A DNA stretch of 61,742 bases, counting the filler, from Choristocarpus tenellus KU-1152 (lineage: Eukaryota > Protista > Phaeophyceae), in assembly GCA_964200185.2 (NCBI GenBank). It is 5 parts of 5 records of this genome, joined end to end, with 100 filler letters (N's around TTAATTAATTAA, not from the genome) between each part and the next. Parts side by side here need not be neighbours in the genome. Positions count along the whole stretch, not along the records: positions 43,499 to 58,140 come from CAXNAD020001144.1; positions 58,241 to 61,742 come from CAXNAD020019602.1; 3 more parts are not named here. One strand, given 5' to 3'. Positions 50,708 to 61,742 of the stretch are shown piece after piece (the first letter of the stretch is position 1; each line of letters begins with the position of its first letter). The notes below the pieces were generated by a model. It had not been told where the DNA came from. It made no database searches and saw only the letters and a program-made list of their open reading frames with translations. The translations under genes and the position numbers were made by a program.

Positions 50708-53700
50708 CTACCCTAGTTTTTGTTTCTTTCCTATCGATGACTGATCCTTGCCACCATCCTGCAATCGGTCCTGTGGTCGATCCTGTGGATGCTTCCCAAG
50801 ACGGCTTGTGATCTGACCTCTGTACTGGCTCATCTGGAGGGAACACACGAATGTGTTAGAGAGAAAACAAAAAATCAATTGAGCCAAGAGGAGCAACCAT
50901 GCCAAAATATAGCACCACACAGTATACTAGAAAAGCATAAACCAAAGGGTCATAAAGACACAATTTCCTCCCAAAACAACCTATACAGAAAATTGAAGTT
51001 GGAAGTACTGGTTTGTTCAACCAATGAGGTATTACACCCAAATCATCACAACCCACAAAAAAATCAAAAATGTGAGAATGATAAGAAAGATGTTGAGTCG
51101 TGATTATTATTATGACCATTGTACACAGGGTACATGAGGTATATTAGGTAAACTTTTGTTTCAATAATCTGACTTTATACAAACCTGCACAGTTCACCCC
51201 AGGATTGAAAAAAAAAAAAAGCTTCACCTGACATTCTATTGCATTTCACAGAACCACTAGTGTACTTTGACAAAATTGGAAACAAAAATGAAAAGAGGGT
51301 TCACAACCAATGCGAAACAAGAGTGCTGTACTGTGATTTTGTAGTGCATGGTGAGTGCAATTTAATATCGACACATGATGAGACCCACAGTACTATAGTA
51401 GTACCTCCAAATACCATGTTCTATTTTTGAAAACATAATGCACAGGGTGTTCAAGAAATTTAATCAAGTACATTAGTTTATTTTTTTGCACCTCAGGAAA
51501 ATATAGAGGATATCATTTTTCACAAAGGGATGAAAGTGTGTGATTGGTGAGCATCACTAGTCCCACTAGGAGACACACATAATACATGTTCCACCTTTGC
51601 AGATCTAGAAAGGTTCAAATTGTGCTCCATAATCACCGTTTGGCTGCCGAGAGTAGTGCAGACTAGTGCTATCGTGTCCGTAAGATATTGCTGGCACCAA
51701 ATTTTCCTCAAGCAACAACCATGCACAAGCACCACCAGCAACATGCATGCAACAAAAACAAGCAACCATTCCCACACAACATACTACGAACAAAATCTAG
51801 GAACTAGGTCATTTCTGACCAAACTAGAATAAAAATCAATATGCTTGGTAGCCCTGATGCACTGTTCAGAAAAAAAAAATCATAGTTTTCCACTTACACA
51901 GTGAACATTCACCGTAATTCTCAGAGCATGGTATGAAAAGAAAAAGGTTACACATGAGAGCAGTACCACATTTTGAGCAATAGGAAGGACTTAAATCCAT
52001 TTTGTGGCACATACTAGTAACTTGTAAGACAAGACATGCTGTATTGTTCAAATGAATTGTTTCGGAATTTTGCAGGCCTAAGATGCCATCATCAACAAGT
52101 TATTGTCTCTGCTCAAGACCCCCCTAGCACATGGGCACTCAATCATCAAAGGTGCTCCAGAGCACCCTGGGCCCTCCAGTCAGTAGAATCTGATACTCTT
52201 CAATTTTATAAGGGTCAGTATCTCCAGAACATCTACTCTAATTAACTGGAAATTGTAGGAAATTGACCCATGAGCAGATTGCGATAAAAAGATCTGCTGT
52301 GAATTGAAATGATTGAATTGCTTTGATACAATTCAATAGATTTGAATTAAAAGATTTGAATTAAAAATAACAATTGAGGCTGTAAAATTCAATTCACACG
52401 TTCTAGAGCACTCTGCTCGAATTTCCTCAAGGTGTCGTCCTTGCACTTCATAAAATTTACAATTCATACACAACTGACCACATATTTTTATTCACCACAC
52501 CAAAAACCAGATGGATGATACTGACAGTAACCAAAGAACTACTGAAAAAGAAAATTGTGGACAGTCGGCGATAAAGAAATACCATTTAGAACACTTCATT
52601 CTTGAGCCTTAGCCTATTTTTTGTGAACATTACAGACGGACACCTTGCCCTTCCGTTGTGGTAAACTAGTAACAATTTCTTTCACAACGGGATACAAAGT
52701 TCTCACTTTCAAGACTCTTCCAGGGGGGCTTCCAACTATTCGTATCATTATAGTCGAATGTCCAGAATAAAATTACGGTCGAATTCACAAGCTGCATGCT
52801 GCTCGTGACCTCCTCCTATGTCATCCAACCATTTCGAGGCAACTGATCTTAAGATAGTCCCACAATCAAATTCTACCATTTTCGAACTAGGGTTTCCTAA
52901 AGGGATATGGCCTCTCCTCTTGAGGATAAAAATGCGCATGAAAAGTCGGGAGCAAAGGCTGTAGATATTTATGGGATCATGCAAAACATGCCCCCAAACC
53001 ACAGGATGAAAATTGCGTTCCACAAAAAACAAATTATCAGTTACAAAAACTCTTGACACAAAAAAATTCGGGCACCATCTCCTTGAACTATTAACGCAAT
53101 AGGTACAACACAAAATGTACAATAATAGCTCAAGATGTAACTTCACATTTTCTGATGAAACTTGCAGGAAACACATCAGCATCAGACTATAGTACCCTAA
53201 TTTCTCATCTGGAAAACGCTCAAGGAGTGAGTGAAAGCTCCTCCACATACAACATTGATATATAGCATCCATTATTACAGGACAAGCTCAAACTGTAATC
53301 ACAGCAAAGGCCAGACATACGCGGCAATGTCAATGGGGGAGGAGTAAGCCCATATCAAAATGAGCTTCGCCACATTAACTCCTCACCATGTATGTTGGGA
53401 ATTATCTCGATCAAATGCCCCCCAAGGCTTCCACCAGCACACTACAATTGGATCATTTTCCAGGTGCATCTATAGATTTGTACTACACTTAGCATTATGT
53501 CAAGTCGGACACGGCATATCCATGCACTTATAGTGTTGGGACCTGAACGGAGTATAGCACAGCAATAAACACATACAGCAATAAACACACAAAACAATAA
53601 ACACATACAGCAATAAACACATACATAATGACGGGAAGATAACAGTTGACCAACTGGAATGTTCCAACTCACTGGCATCAACAAAATCACATTCTGGAGC

Positions 53701-56700
53701 AGCAGTGCTGGTCCATGGAAGGTGTGCTACAGCAATTGAACATTGTGAAATGTCAGGTGGATAACAGTTAGCAATGCCTCAAAGGGGTCAAACCGCAACA
53801 TCTTCAAACCTGTGCAGTTACACGAGCTTTTGCTACTTGCGCTGTGGCAAGGACCTCTGCCCGGTGTTGCGCACTCAGCACTTGTGCTCTCTTGTTAGCT
53901 GCATCCTGCCCCACTTGCTTTGCCTGTGCCATGACTGTCCCCACCAGGCTCCCAGTCACTCCTCCTCCTGGACCAAGAAGAGGGTTAACACCCTTCACCC
54001 CCCCTGTCCTTGTTGCTGCTGCTCTCGCCTCTGCCGCCCTTGCCACTGCTATCCCAACCGATGTCACTGATGTCATAGGCATAGATTGTCCCGGTAATCC
54101 CTGCAAAATAGGTGGGGCTGGGGCAGCACTCCCCCACTTGTGGCCTCGCTTGCGCACAGGTGCTGTCAACTTCCCCTGTCCCTGCCCCTGTGCACCACCT
54201 CCTGGCTCAACCTTGGCTCTTAGAGCAGAAGATTGAGAGGGTTGTGACCTTGCTCCAGGTATAAATATTGTCTGTGATTTGAGCGATGGAGGCTGGGGGG
54301 GCAGAACATGGGAGAGAGGTCAAGGAACAACAATGCTTGATCAAGGCCAATCACAGTAGATGATGGGGTCCAGTAACATCCATTTACTGACAGGATGCCA
54401 AACAAAACATTTGAGAAACCATCCACACCTATGTATACAGATAAATTGATACGAACCATAATATAGTCCTCGTTAGTGTGTCAACAGGTAAAAAACGTTA
54501 CAGGATATAAAAACACACATGAAGGGTTGGAGACCCTTTTATGTACACCACGGACTACACTATCAACAGATAATTCAAGGCCTCCATGACATCAACCGAA
54601 ACACGAGCTGCTTGCCCTCCATCAAGGCACATTTCAAATTAGGGTGCAAATCCTCATGCACCAGATGCAGGCAACATTATGCCAGGGAAACGTAGGTTGC
54701 CAAGAGACATGATCCAGCTTGATTGGTACCTCAACACAGTTGAGCATACCTTTCATTCAGTCTTATTAGATTCCATGTTACAGGCTTAATATTTATAACA
54801 TACAAATGGATGTACTTAGAACAACATTCAACAACATAATATCATCCATTCATCCGTCCAAAGCACTTTAGGTCAGGTCCATAGCACATCATCCCTCAAC
54901 AGCATGAAGTTTGCTAGAGTTATCCCAACTCCAACTCAGTCTTCATTGCAACATACAAAATGGGTCCACAATACCGTCCACATTATGAATTGCCCCGGCA
55001 ATCACACCACTTTGGTACTTCCAAAACTTATCCTCAGTATTGTTCTTCTGGGTTTTTTTTCTATTCTCATGTGTTTTAAGGGAGGAGTACAGAGAATTTT
55101 CTTATCTGACTCAAATACCCCAACTAAACAGTAAATAGAAAATGCTGCAAATCAAGCAAGGCAATAACATTGATGCAGGATAAAAACTACTCTGGGGGCT
55201 CTCCCCACCCAATCAACCACAAAGTACACAGCGGATACTCCATACACGAACAGGATCTACCTTCACACAGTCTATCGGTGAAAATTGCCAAGTCTTTTCT
55301 ATTTACATGTAACTGCGGAGATGCCATATATATATATATACATGCATCCCCAAGATATACCATGCCATATATATATATACATGCATCCCCAAGATATACC
55401 ATGCCAAGACTCCTGATTGATTGCTCATCACAATGAGCCCCATGTGTGTCAGTGTGCAGCCTTCTTGCTTGCCCTAGATCAGCCTGGACAAGCAGCTCAC
55501 CAACGATATTCCGTACATCATATACAGGGGTTCCATGTGTGCAGATGCACACACCCCTTGTCCCATCGAGTAGTAATGGCTAAGACATAACAATGTAGCC
55601 TTCCACACTCTTCTCTCCCCCTGTGCTTCCCATGCTGAAAACAGCATCTGCCCTGTACGCCCACCATATTTTATCCAGGGCACCTTACATCTACGGTAAA
55701 GAACAGGTGCAAGGGAAGATTAGTGCATCTCACAAGGAGGCACCCCTATCATAGTTAAAGCAATCCCTTCTCAATATTGACTATTATTGCCTTTACAGAG
55801 GATGCAAGCATTCCCCTCTGAAAAACGTACTTCTGAAAGAATTTCAAATTCTTATGGGTAAGAAATATGCTAAGAAGCTTTGTTGCTTCTGCTTTCTACA
55901 GCGCTCTGAATTTGGTTTGAAAGTATGTACTCCACAATTACTACACTCCTCATCAATCAGCGATATCAATGCCTGACTGCACCCCAACTGTTCTCAATGC
56001 ACTAAGCACCATTCTGCAGACCGAAATGTCCAACACATGGAGGTTCATCAAGTCCATGAGCTCGTGATATTAACCAATACAGGATTCTAAAACCTTTAGA
56101 GTGTTCTCTTCTCCTCTCAGTGAAATACTTCACTACAAATACAAAGCTTTCATGCATCAAGCATACACGGAGATGTACTTGACGTTTATGCAAAGGACTA
56201 CAACCGATTGTGATCAGAAATCAAACAATGCATGCATTAACTTTTGTGGGAACGAAACAATGGATTGGAGAAGTGCGCAAACAAAGCCCTGATTATCAGG
56301 GGAAAAAATAATTACTGCACATGGACTTGATCAGTAAATATTCAATCAGTAGGTGGTTAACAACCATATTTCAGGTTGTAGGAAAGGTACCAGGAAACCC
56401 AGAGGGTCTCATGACTTGAGATCAGACTGGCAGTGCTCAACATGGAGGCATTTGCAGTGCTCAAGCAATGAGAAGTCATCACAAGCAACTGTAGAGACCA
56501 ATTTAGAGTGGGAAAGAGACTGGGGACAACAAGACTGCAAGCTGATTCAGAGCATGAGAGTTACCTCTTGTTGCATACTGTAGTGCTCAGCATCAATGAA
56601 TGATTTTTCCAAAAAAATGAGATAATATTTACTACCCAAACAGTGTGACGTGGTAAGAAGGAATTGGGGCAGTATTTGGGGAAGGGGGAGTAGGAGAGCA

Positions 56701-58132
56701 AGGCCATAACCCTAGGGCCTGAAGTGATTTGCATGTGTAGAGGGGGGTATGGGAGGACAGATGGGAGCCCACAAGACACTGCATTATGTTCACCTTTGCT
56801 TCATCTTCCTTTTGCTTCCTCCTTAGGCCTCCCATAAGAGTATCATGGAAGTCAGCAGTGTCATACACAGAGGGGTGCACCTTTGATCCATTGGGATAGT
56901 TGGTGCCCTTGTCATCCACATCCATGTACCTGCAAATCTGGTTGGGGAGAGCATCCGAGCAAAATGTCCCAGGGAATGAAAAAAGGGGGGCTAACCTGGA
57001 TCAGTGTAACGTGAAGGAGGGGGGGACCCCATGCCATGGAGTCAGATATCAGCAGCAACTATAGGATGCCTGGTAAAAAGGAGTACAGTAGGAAAAAACT
57101 TTTCGAGACAATAACAGACGACTTGACAGAGAAGAATTGTACATAGATGAAGCTAGTCTTTTCAGCCTTTCGACCCGAGCTGTTTTCCCATCAATTTTTT
57201 TAAGCATCGGGTAGTGGATCTAGAATCAATGTAGAGATTAAACTTTTCTTCACCAACACAAAAGAATGGAGATACTTGTTGATACACGCGCTTCGTCCGA
57301 ACAGTTCGAACTGAGCATGTAAATTGAGCTACCAAAGAATCCCACCCAGTCTGATCAGCGCAAAAAACAGGTTCGCCCTTTGTCACCTGAGTGCGACTTT
57401 CCACGCATCTTCTGATTTTGTATAGTGGACGTCGGTCATGCATCTCGCATCAGGTACAATCAAGGCGACTATAGCATAAATTCCAAACCCTCCAATAGAT
57501 TAGAAGGTCGCGAGTTATTTGCCTCTACGACAGTATATTCTCACCTGGGTCAGAACCGCAGGGTTCCCATAATCTTTTTTTGCCTTTATTGCCTTGGTGA
57601 AATCGTGTCTCATCCGTCCTATCGCCTTCGCAATTTTGGACTGCAACTGGGGGTTTGGTGGCCCTTTCGGCTCTGGAGGCAGCATATCGCGATACTCAGG
57701 GTCAATTATATCGCCGTCTCCAGTGTCCTCCTCCTGCTTCTCCCCCTCTTGCCCTTCCGTCAATGGGTCTTCACCACCTACCCCGTCCTCCCCCAACCCA
57801 TTGGGGGTGTCGTTTGGTCTATTCACTGGTGTGGGCATGTTATCTAGTCTCACCAGTGGAGAAGGCAGCGGCATGAAAAAATTAGGTTTTACATTCCGCG
57901 GTGGGGGAACCACCCCCTCCCAGGGCATCCCTCCCTTTTGATTGTGCTCTTCGTCGCTCCCCTCATCATCCCCCGAGCCCTCGCCACTCCCCGCCCGATT
58001 GCCGGAGCCACCGGCTACCCCTGAAGACCCCCCACTCCCTCTATCCCCCGAAGAATCGCGATCATCCTCATCCCCCACTCCACCCTCGTCACTGTGATCA
58101 GAGTCATACCCCGCTCGTCCCAAAAAGGACAT
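50708..58132 (-). CDS. SAP30BP: SAP30-binding protein / HCNGP-domain transcription-splicing factor, 4 exons, ~446 aa
   Basis: Exons 58132-57545, 56937-56794, 54292-53810 and 50833-50708, all phase 0. Acidic N-terminus GYDSDHSDE; LPPEPKGPPNPQLQSKI; FTKAIKAKKDYGNPAVLTQ|ICRYMDVDDKGTNYP; KRGHKWGS. The last exon is less certain (alternative stop at 53804), and the start lies 8 bp from a gap. Confidence 0.85.
53558..53625. repeat. ~17-bp minisatellite x4 (intronic)
   Basis: acagcaataaacacat repeated. Confidence 0.8.
55321..55405. repeat. ~40-bp tandem duplication containing (AT)n
   Basis: atgcc(at)n acatgcatccccaagatatacc x2. Confidence 0.85.
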
Positions 58133-60327
58133 TTGGACCTNNNNNNNNNNNNNNNNNNNNNNNNNNNNNNNNNNNNNNNNNNNNTTAATTAATTAANNNN
58201 NNNNNNNNNNNNNNNNNNNNNNNNNNNNNNNNNNNNNNNNCAGACACCAAGCAATATCGCCGGGTTTATCACCTTTATCCTCTTTGATGATTTTGGGGAT
58301 ACTTCAACAACTCGCACTCTCTCATCACCTAACATCGCACTGAGTGTCACACGGTACTTGCTTTACTGTCACCTCTCAACAGAGAAGGTGTCGAGGGTAG
58401 ATCCAGGGGGAAGAACGGCTTCGGCGACCCTCCTCGTCTTATCGTCGTGGCTCATGTTGCTGTGTAAGTCACGCGTGTGTGTGCTCACAGAAAGTCTGCA
58501 AAAGGCGTTAAAAAGATTTCCGGAAATCTTTTTTTTTTTCGGTGTTTCTACACTGGTCAAACTTCGGAAGCGACCTAACCCACACCAATGTTTTGCAGGG
58601 AGTTCAGCCAATCACTTCATTTTTGTCCGTTTTGAAGTTATGACCTTCAAAATTGCGCCGGAGATGTTCCCCCGCGTTTTTTTTATTACTTGATCGGGAA
58701 ATTGTCCCCGTTCCCCGAAGCCTGGACATTCTCACATACAAACCTTCAAAACCTCTTGTCATATCTGTTCATTTGATATATGCAATATTGTATGACTGTT
58801 GTGGTAAACTGGTGATAAAAAACAAGATTGCCACAGAGGGCGAAGCTACTAGTACCACCTTATACTCAGAACCTAAAATGATGTTCTCCCACAAGACAAA
58901 TCAGAGTGGGGGACGGTCACCATCAAGTTCCTCGTGAATAGTGGGGTACTGTTGGACATGTAAATACCAGCAATTCATCAATCAGAGCCCTAGCTCGGGT
59001 AGAAACGGAAAAGTCTTCCCATACGGTAGTTGATACAATCTGATAGACAAACATGACTTGCTGACACATGTTGAGACCCATGGCATCAGTAAAATCCATC
59101 CCTCGGTATATTAGATAACATTTTCTTGGGGGTGTAAACACCATCACAAATGCTAATAATGACTCTAAAATCATTATTTTTATACTTTTTGCGAGCGTCA
59201 CAGTCTGTAACACTTGCTTAGAATTTTTTGCTGTATTAGAGTAAGGATTATATTCGCACCACCCTAGATTGATACGTCTTATTCGTAATATTTCATTTTC
59301 TGAATGGGGCTAATACGACTATTAATAATTATGTGGATCCATCCCTGTCTTCCTTCTCATTGTCTCTTGGGTTCACCACCCCCACCATGTTTATTTGGAA
59401 TGGGTACTTGGTGAAGCGAACTGTGGACATTTGCACCACCAATCATTTTACTACTCTACTACTGACTGTTGAGTATATATAACTTACAGGACATGAAACG
59501 TGAGGAAGGATTGGTTAGAAATCGGAATGCAAATGAATATGCTGCGTATGATTGGTGAAGTTAATATACACAGTTTGGTCCTTTATCGATAACAGGTACC
59601 CATTTCAATATATATATATATATATGTTCTTTTGAATTTTCCCTTCCGATTTCTATTTAATCCTTCTTCCCATATATAGTTCACAATAACAAAACTGGAT
59701 AGAGATAGGGCTTAATGCAATGGAATTAAATACCACTAGAAACAACTACGTTTCCTTCTAGTACCCTCAATTTCACATCTGATGTTCCTTCTTCCTTCTT
59801 TTCCCTTTCTCATTATATATGTTCTATTCTTTTTCTTTAGATTTTTCTTTCTTCTCTCATTGTCATTGTTTTAACATTTTTTTTCTTCTAAGATATTTGT
59901 ATGTCTCCACCATAATGCATTAATCTGGTTTTCTATTGGTAATGAAGGTGGTAGGATCAAATTATCACTAACTCTGGGCACAGGATCCAAAACGTTGTTT
60001 CTGTTCTCGCAAATACACCTATATCCTGTATGACAGGACTTCAGGTTTATCGCTCAAGAGTAAGATCTGAATGCACAATGCTGTGAAGTACTTGAGGTTC
60101 TGATATAAACTTGAACGACATATACACTTCTCTAGGTTCAATGTGAGCTATGGTCCCATCTCCTCAAATTCCTCCCATGTGGCATCGGATTTTGCCAACA
60201 GGAACCCACCGACCCTGCACTGTCCTACAAATATGTCCTTGTGAAGCTTGTGTGTAAGAGTATCGAGCCGACAGTGCGAAGACCTATTTGCTGAGGCTGT
60301 TACACACATGGGGTGTGAAAAACTTCC

Positions 60328-61446
60328 CAAGGAAGGGGCGACACCTGTGAATGCCAGACCCAGGGCGTACCGTCCAGAGCGACAGAGCTGGATGGCAGGA
60401 TTTATGAGCCGGCTGGTCGTACTGGGGATGCTAAGCGGGACCCCACAGGCTGTATGGAGAAGCCCATTATTGCCTTTGCCCAAACCTGAGGGGCAGGGCT
60501 ACCGGCTGGTGACGGATTTCAGTGCACTGAACAGCCGCATAGAGTCGTGCATTTTCCCCATGCCCAACCTCAAGGCAATGGCGACCAAACTTCAAGATAT
60601 GGCCTGCTTTGCCAAGCTTGACCTGTTCAAAGGCTGCTGGCAGTTTCTGTTGTGTGAAATGGGACAGGAAATCTTTACGATGGTGACGGGGGAAGGTCTG
60701 TTCTCCCCAATCCGTGTCCCACTGGACATGCTCAATGCTACCTCTCATTTCCAAGCACGATGAGTCAAGCATTAAATCGTTTGCTCCACAAGATCTGATG
60801 CTGTGGGTAGATGATATCATCCTGTGGGGCCGAGACGCCAATGACCTGGTGGATGATCTTGATGATGTACTTGGCAGGTTGGTCAATATGGGATCTATGC
60901 AGCAGGCAACAAGACCCTGCTGGTCAGCGCTGAGATCAATTGGTGTGGGAAGATCTACATGGGACAGACCGTCCAGCATGGCCCTGTTCATCTGCAGTGA
61001 CTGGTTGACCTTCGTAGGCCCAAGACAGCGGGGGAGCTGATGCAGTTCTCGCAGGATGTCAACTGGCTGAAGGTACATCTACCTCGTACGTTTGAGACTG
61101 TAGGGCCCCTGTGGGAGTTGCTAGAAAGGTGCTTGGAAGGTGTGAAACGTGAAACGCTGGTCCAAAAGAATGACCTCCACCCTCCCCATTGGTCCCCAGA
61201 TTAGGTGGCGGCCTGGACGGCTGCGCAGAAAAGGATCTCACAGGCGATGGAGCTCTCACACCCCAGGGAGGAGTGTGCTGCGCTGATGTTTCCATGCGCC
61301 TCTGACAAGCACTGGGGGTGTTTTGTTACGCAAGTCTGTGGTGGAGCTGAATGGAAGTGTGGCAGTGGCAGATATTAGCCATGGGCCATTGGGATTCCTG
61401 AGTGGTTATATCTGGGGGTCACACCTACACTGGGCCACGGTGGATA
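60328..61446 (+). mobile_element. Degenerate Ty3/gypsy RT-RNase H, same family as 31200-33602
   Basis: EGATPVNARPRAY..PKPEGQGYRLVTDFSALN..FAKLDLFKGCWQ..LMLWVDDIILWG..ASDKHWG..LHWATVD; visibly alignable at the nucleotide level with 32310-32725; frameshifted. Confidence 0.9.
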
Positions 61447-61574
61447 ATGGTAGTAGTAGTAGTAGTAGTAGTAATATGCTGGTAGTAGCGTCTCGAGTAG
61501 TAATAGGTACGGCAGAGCCCACATGAGATTGAGAGTATATATGTTACAGGGTGGAAGTCTCGGTAGGACCTCCA

Positions 61575-61742
61575 TGTTACAGCTTGCCCCTCAGAACTCA
61601 CCTCCACAGGATATGCAACTCAAATCCAATGACCTTAAAACGACGCAATGGGGGCGTTGCCCTTGATAACAGTTTGTAGGGTGTCTGTTACAGGCGCCCC
61701 TCAATGCTCACCTTCCAGGATGTACAACTCAAATCCAACGAC
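61575..61742. repeat. ~110-bp direct repeat running off the window end
   Basis: gttacag..gcccctca..ctcacc..caggat.t.caactcaaatccaa.gac occurs twice. Confidence 0.6.

Noticed and set aside
52748-53272. 174-aa intronic ORF
   Set aside because: No recognisable motif or usable splice context; probably decayed repeat sequence.
53774-58188. Plus-strand ORFs at 53.8-54.2 kb and 57.4-58.2 kb
   Set aside because: Antisense shadows of GC-rich SAP30BP exons.
24027-58240. TTAATTAATTAA palindromes inside N runs
   Set aside because: Four identical 44N-12-44N constructs with stops in all frames are artificial scaffolding spacers.

Overview
Eukaryotic genomic DNA. By inference (kb-scale spliceosomal introns, TTAGGG repeats, W-x-DD gypsy RT, 'RALQ' pro-region) it is probably a stramenopile, likely a brown alga. 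Most ORF-track entries are noise, so genes were rebuilt by hand from phase-consistent splice sites. (1) 566-22763(-): a 15-exon, 513-codon, 3'-truncated gene encoding signal peptide + heme-DOMON + cytochrome b561 + the start of a cytochrome b5-like domain. It has one GC-AG intron, 5 of 14 acceptors are AAG, and its introns are full of strand-biased telomere-type repeats. (2) ~24.2-30.2 kb(-): a multi-exon coiled-coil-like gene that appears to be decaying. (3) 31-44 kb: TE debris, including a chromodomain Ty3/gypsy relic with a nested solo LTR, a scrambled inverted-repeat/minisatellite block and a GAG..CTC MITE family with 4-bp TSDs. (4) 44.5-45.7 kb(+): the C-terminal part of a MATCAP/DUF1704-like protein. 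(5) 47-58 kb: three intact-looking genes. A mitochondrial acyl carrier protein is head-to-head with an NPPY-motif amino-methyltransferase-like gene, followed by a SAP30BP/HCNGP homolog. (6) 60.3-61.4 kb: a second gypsy pol relic. Four 100-bp N/TTAATTAATTAA spacers are assembly gaps. Family assignments rest on motif recognition only; no searches were run.
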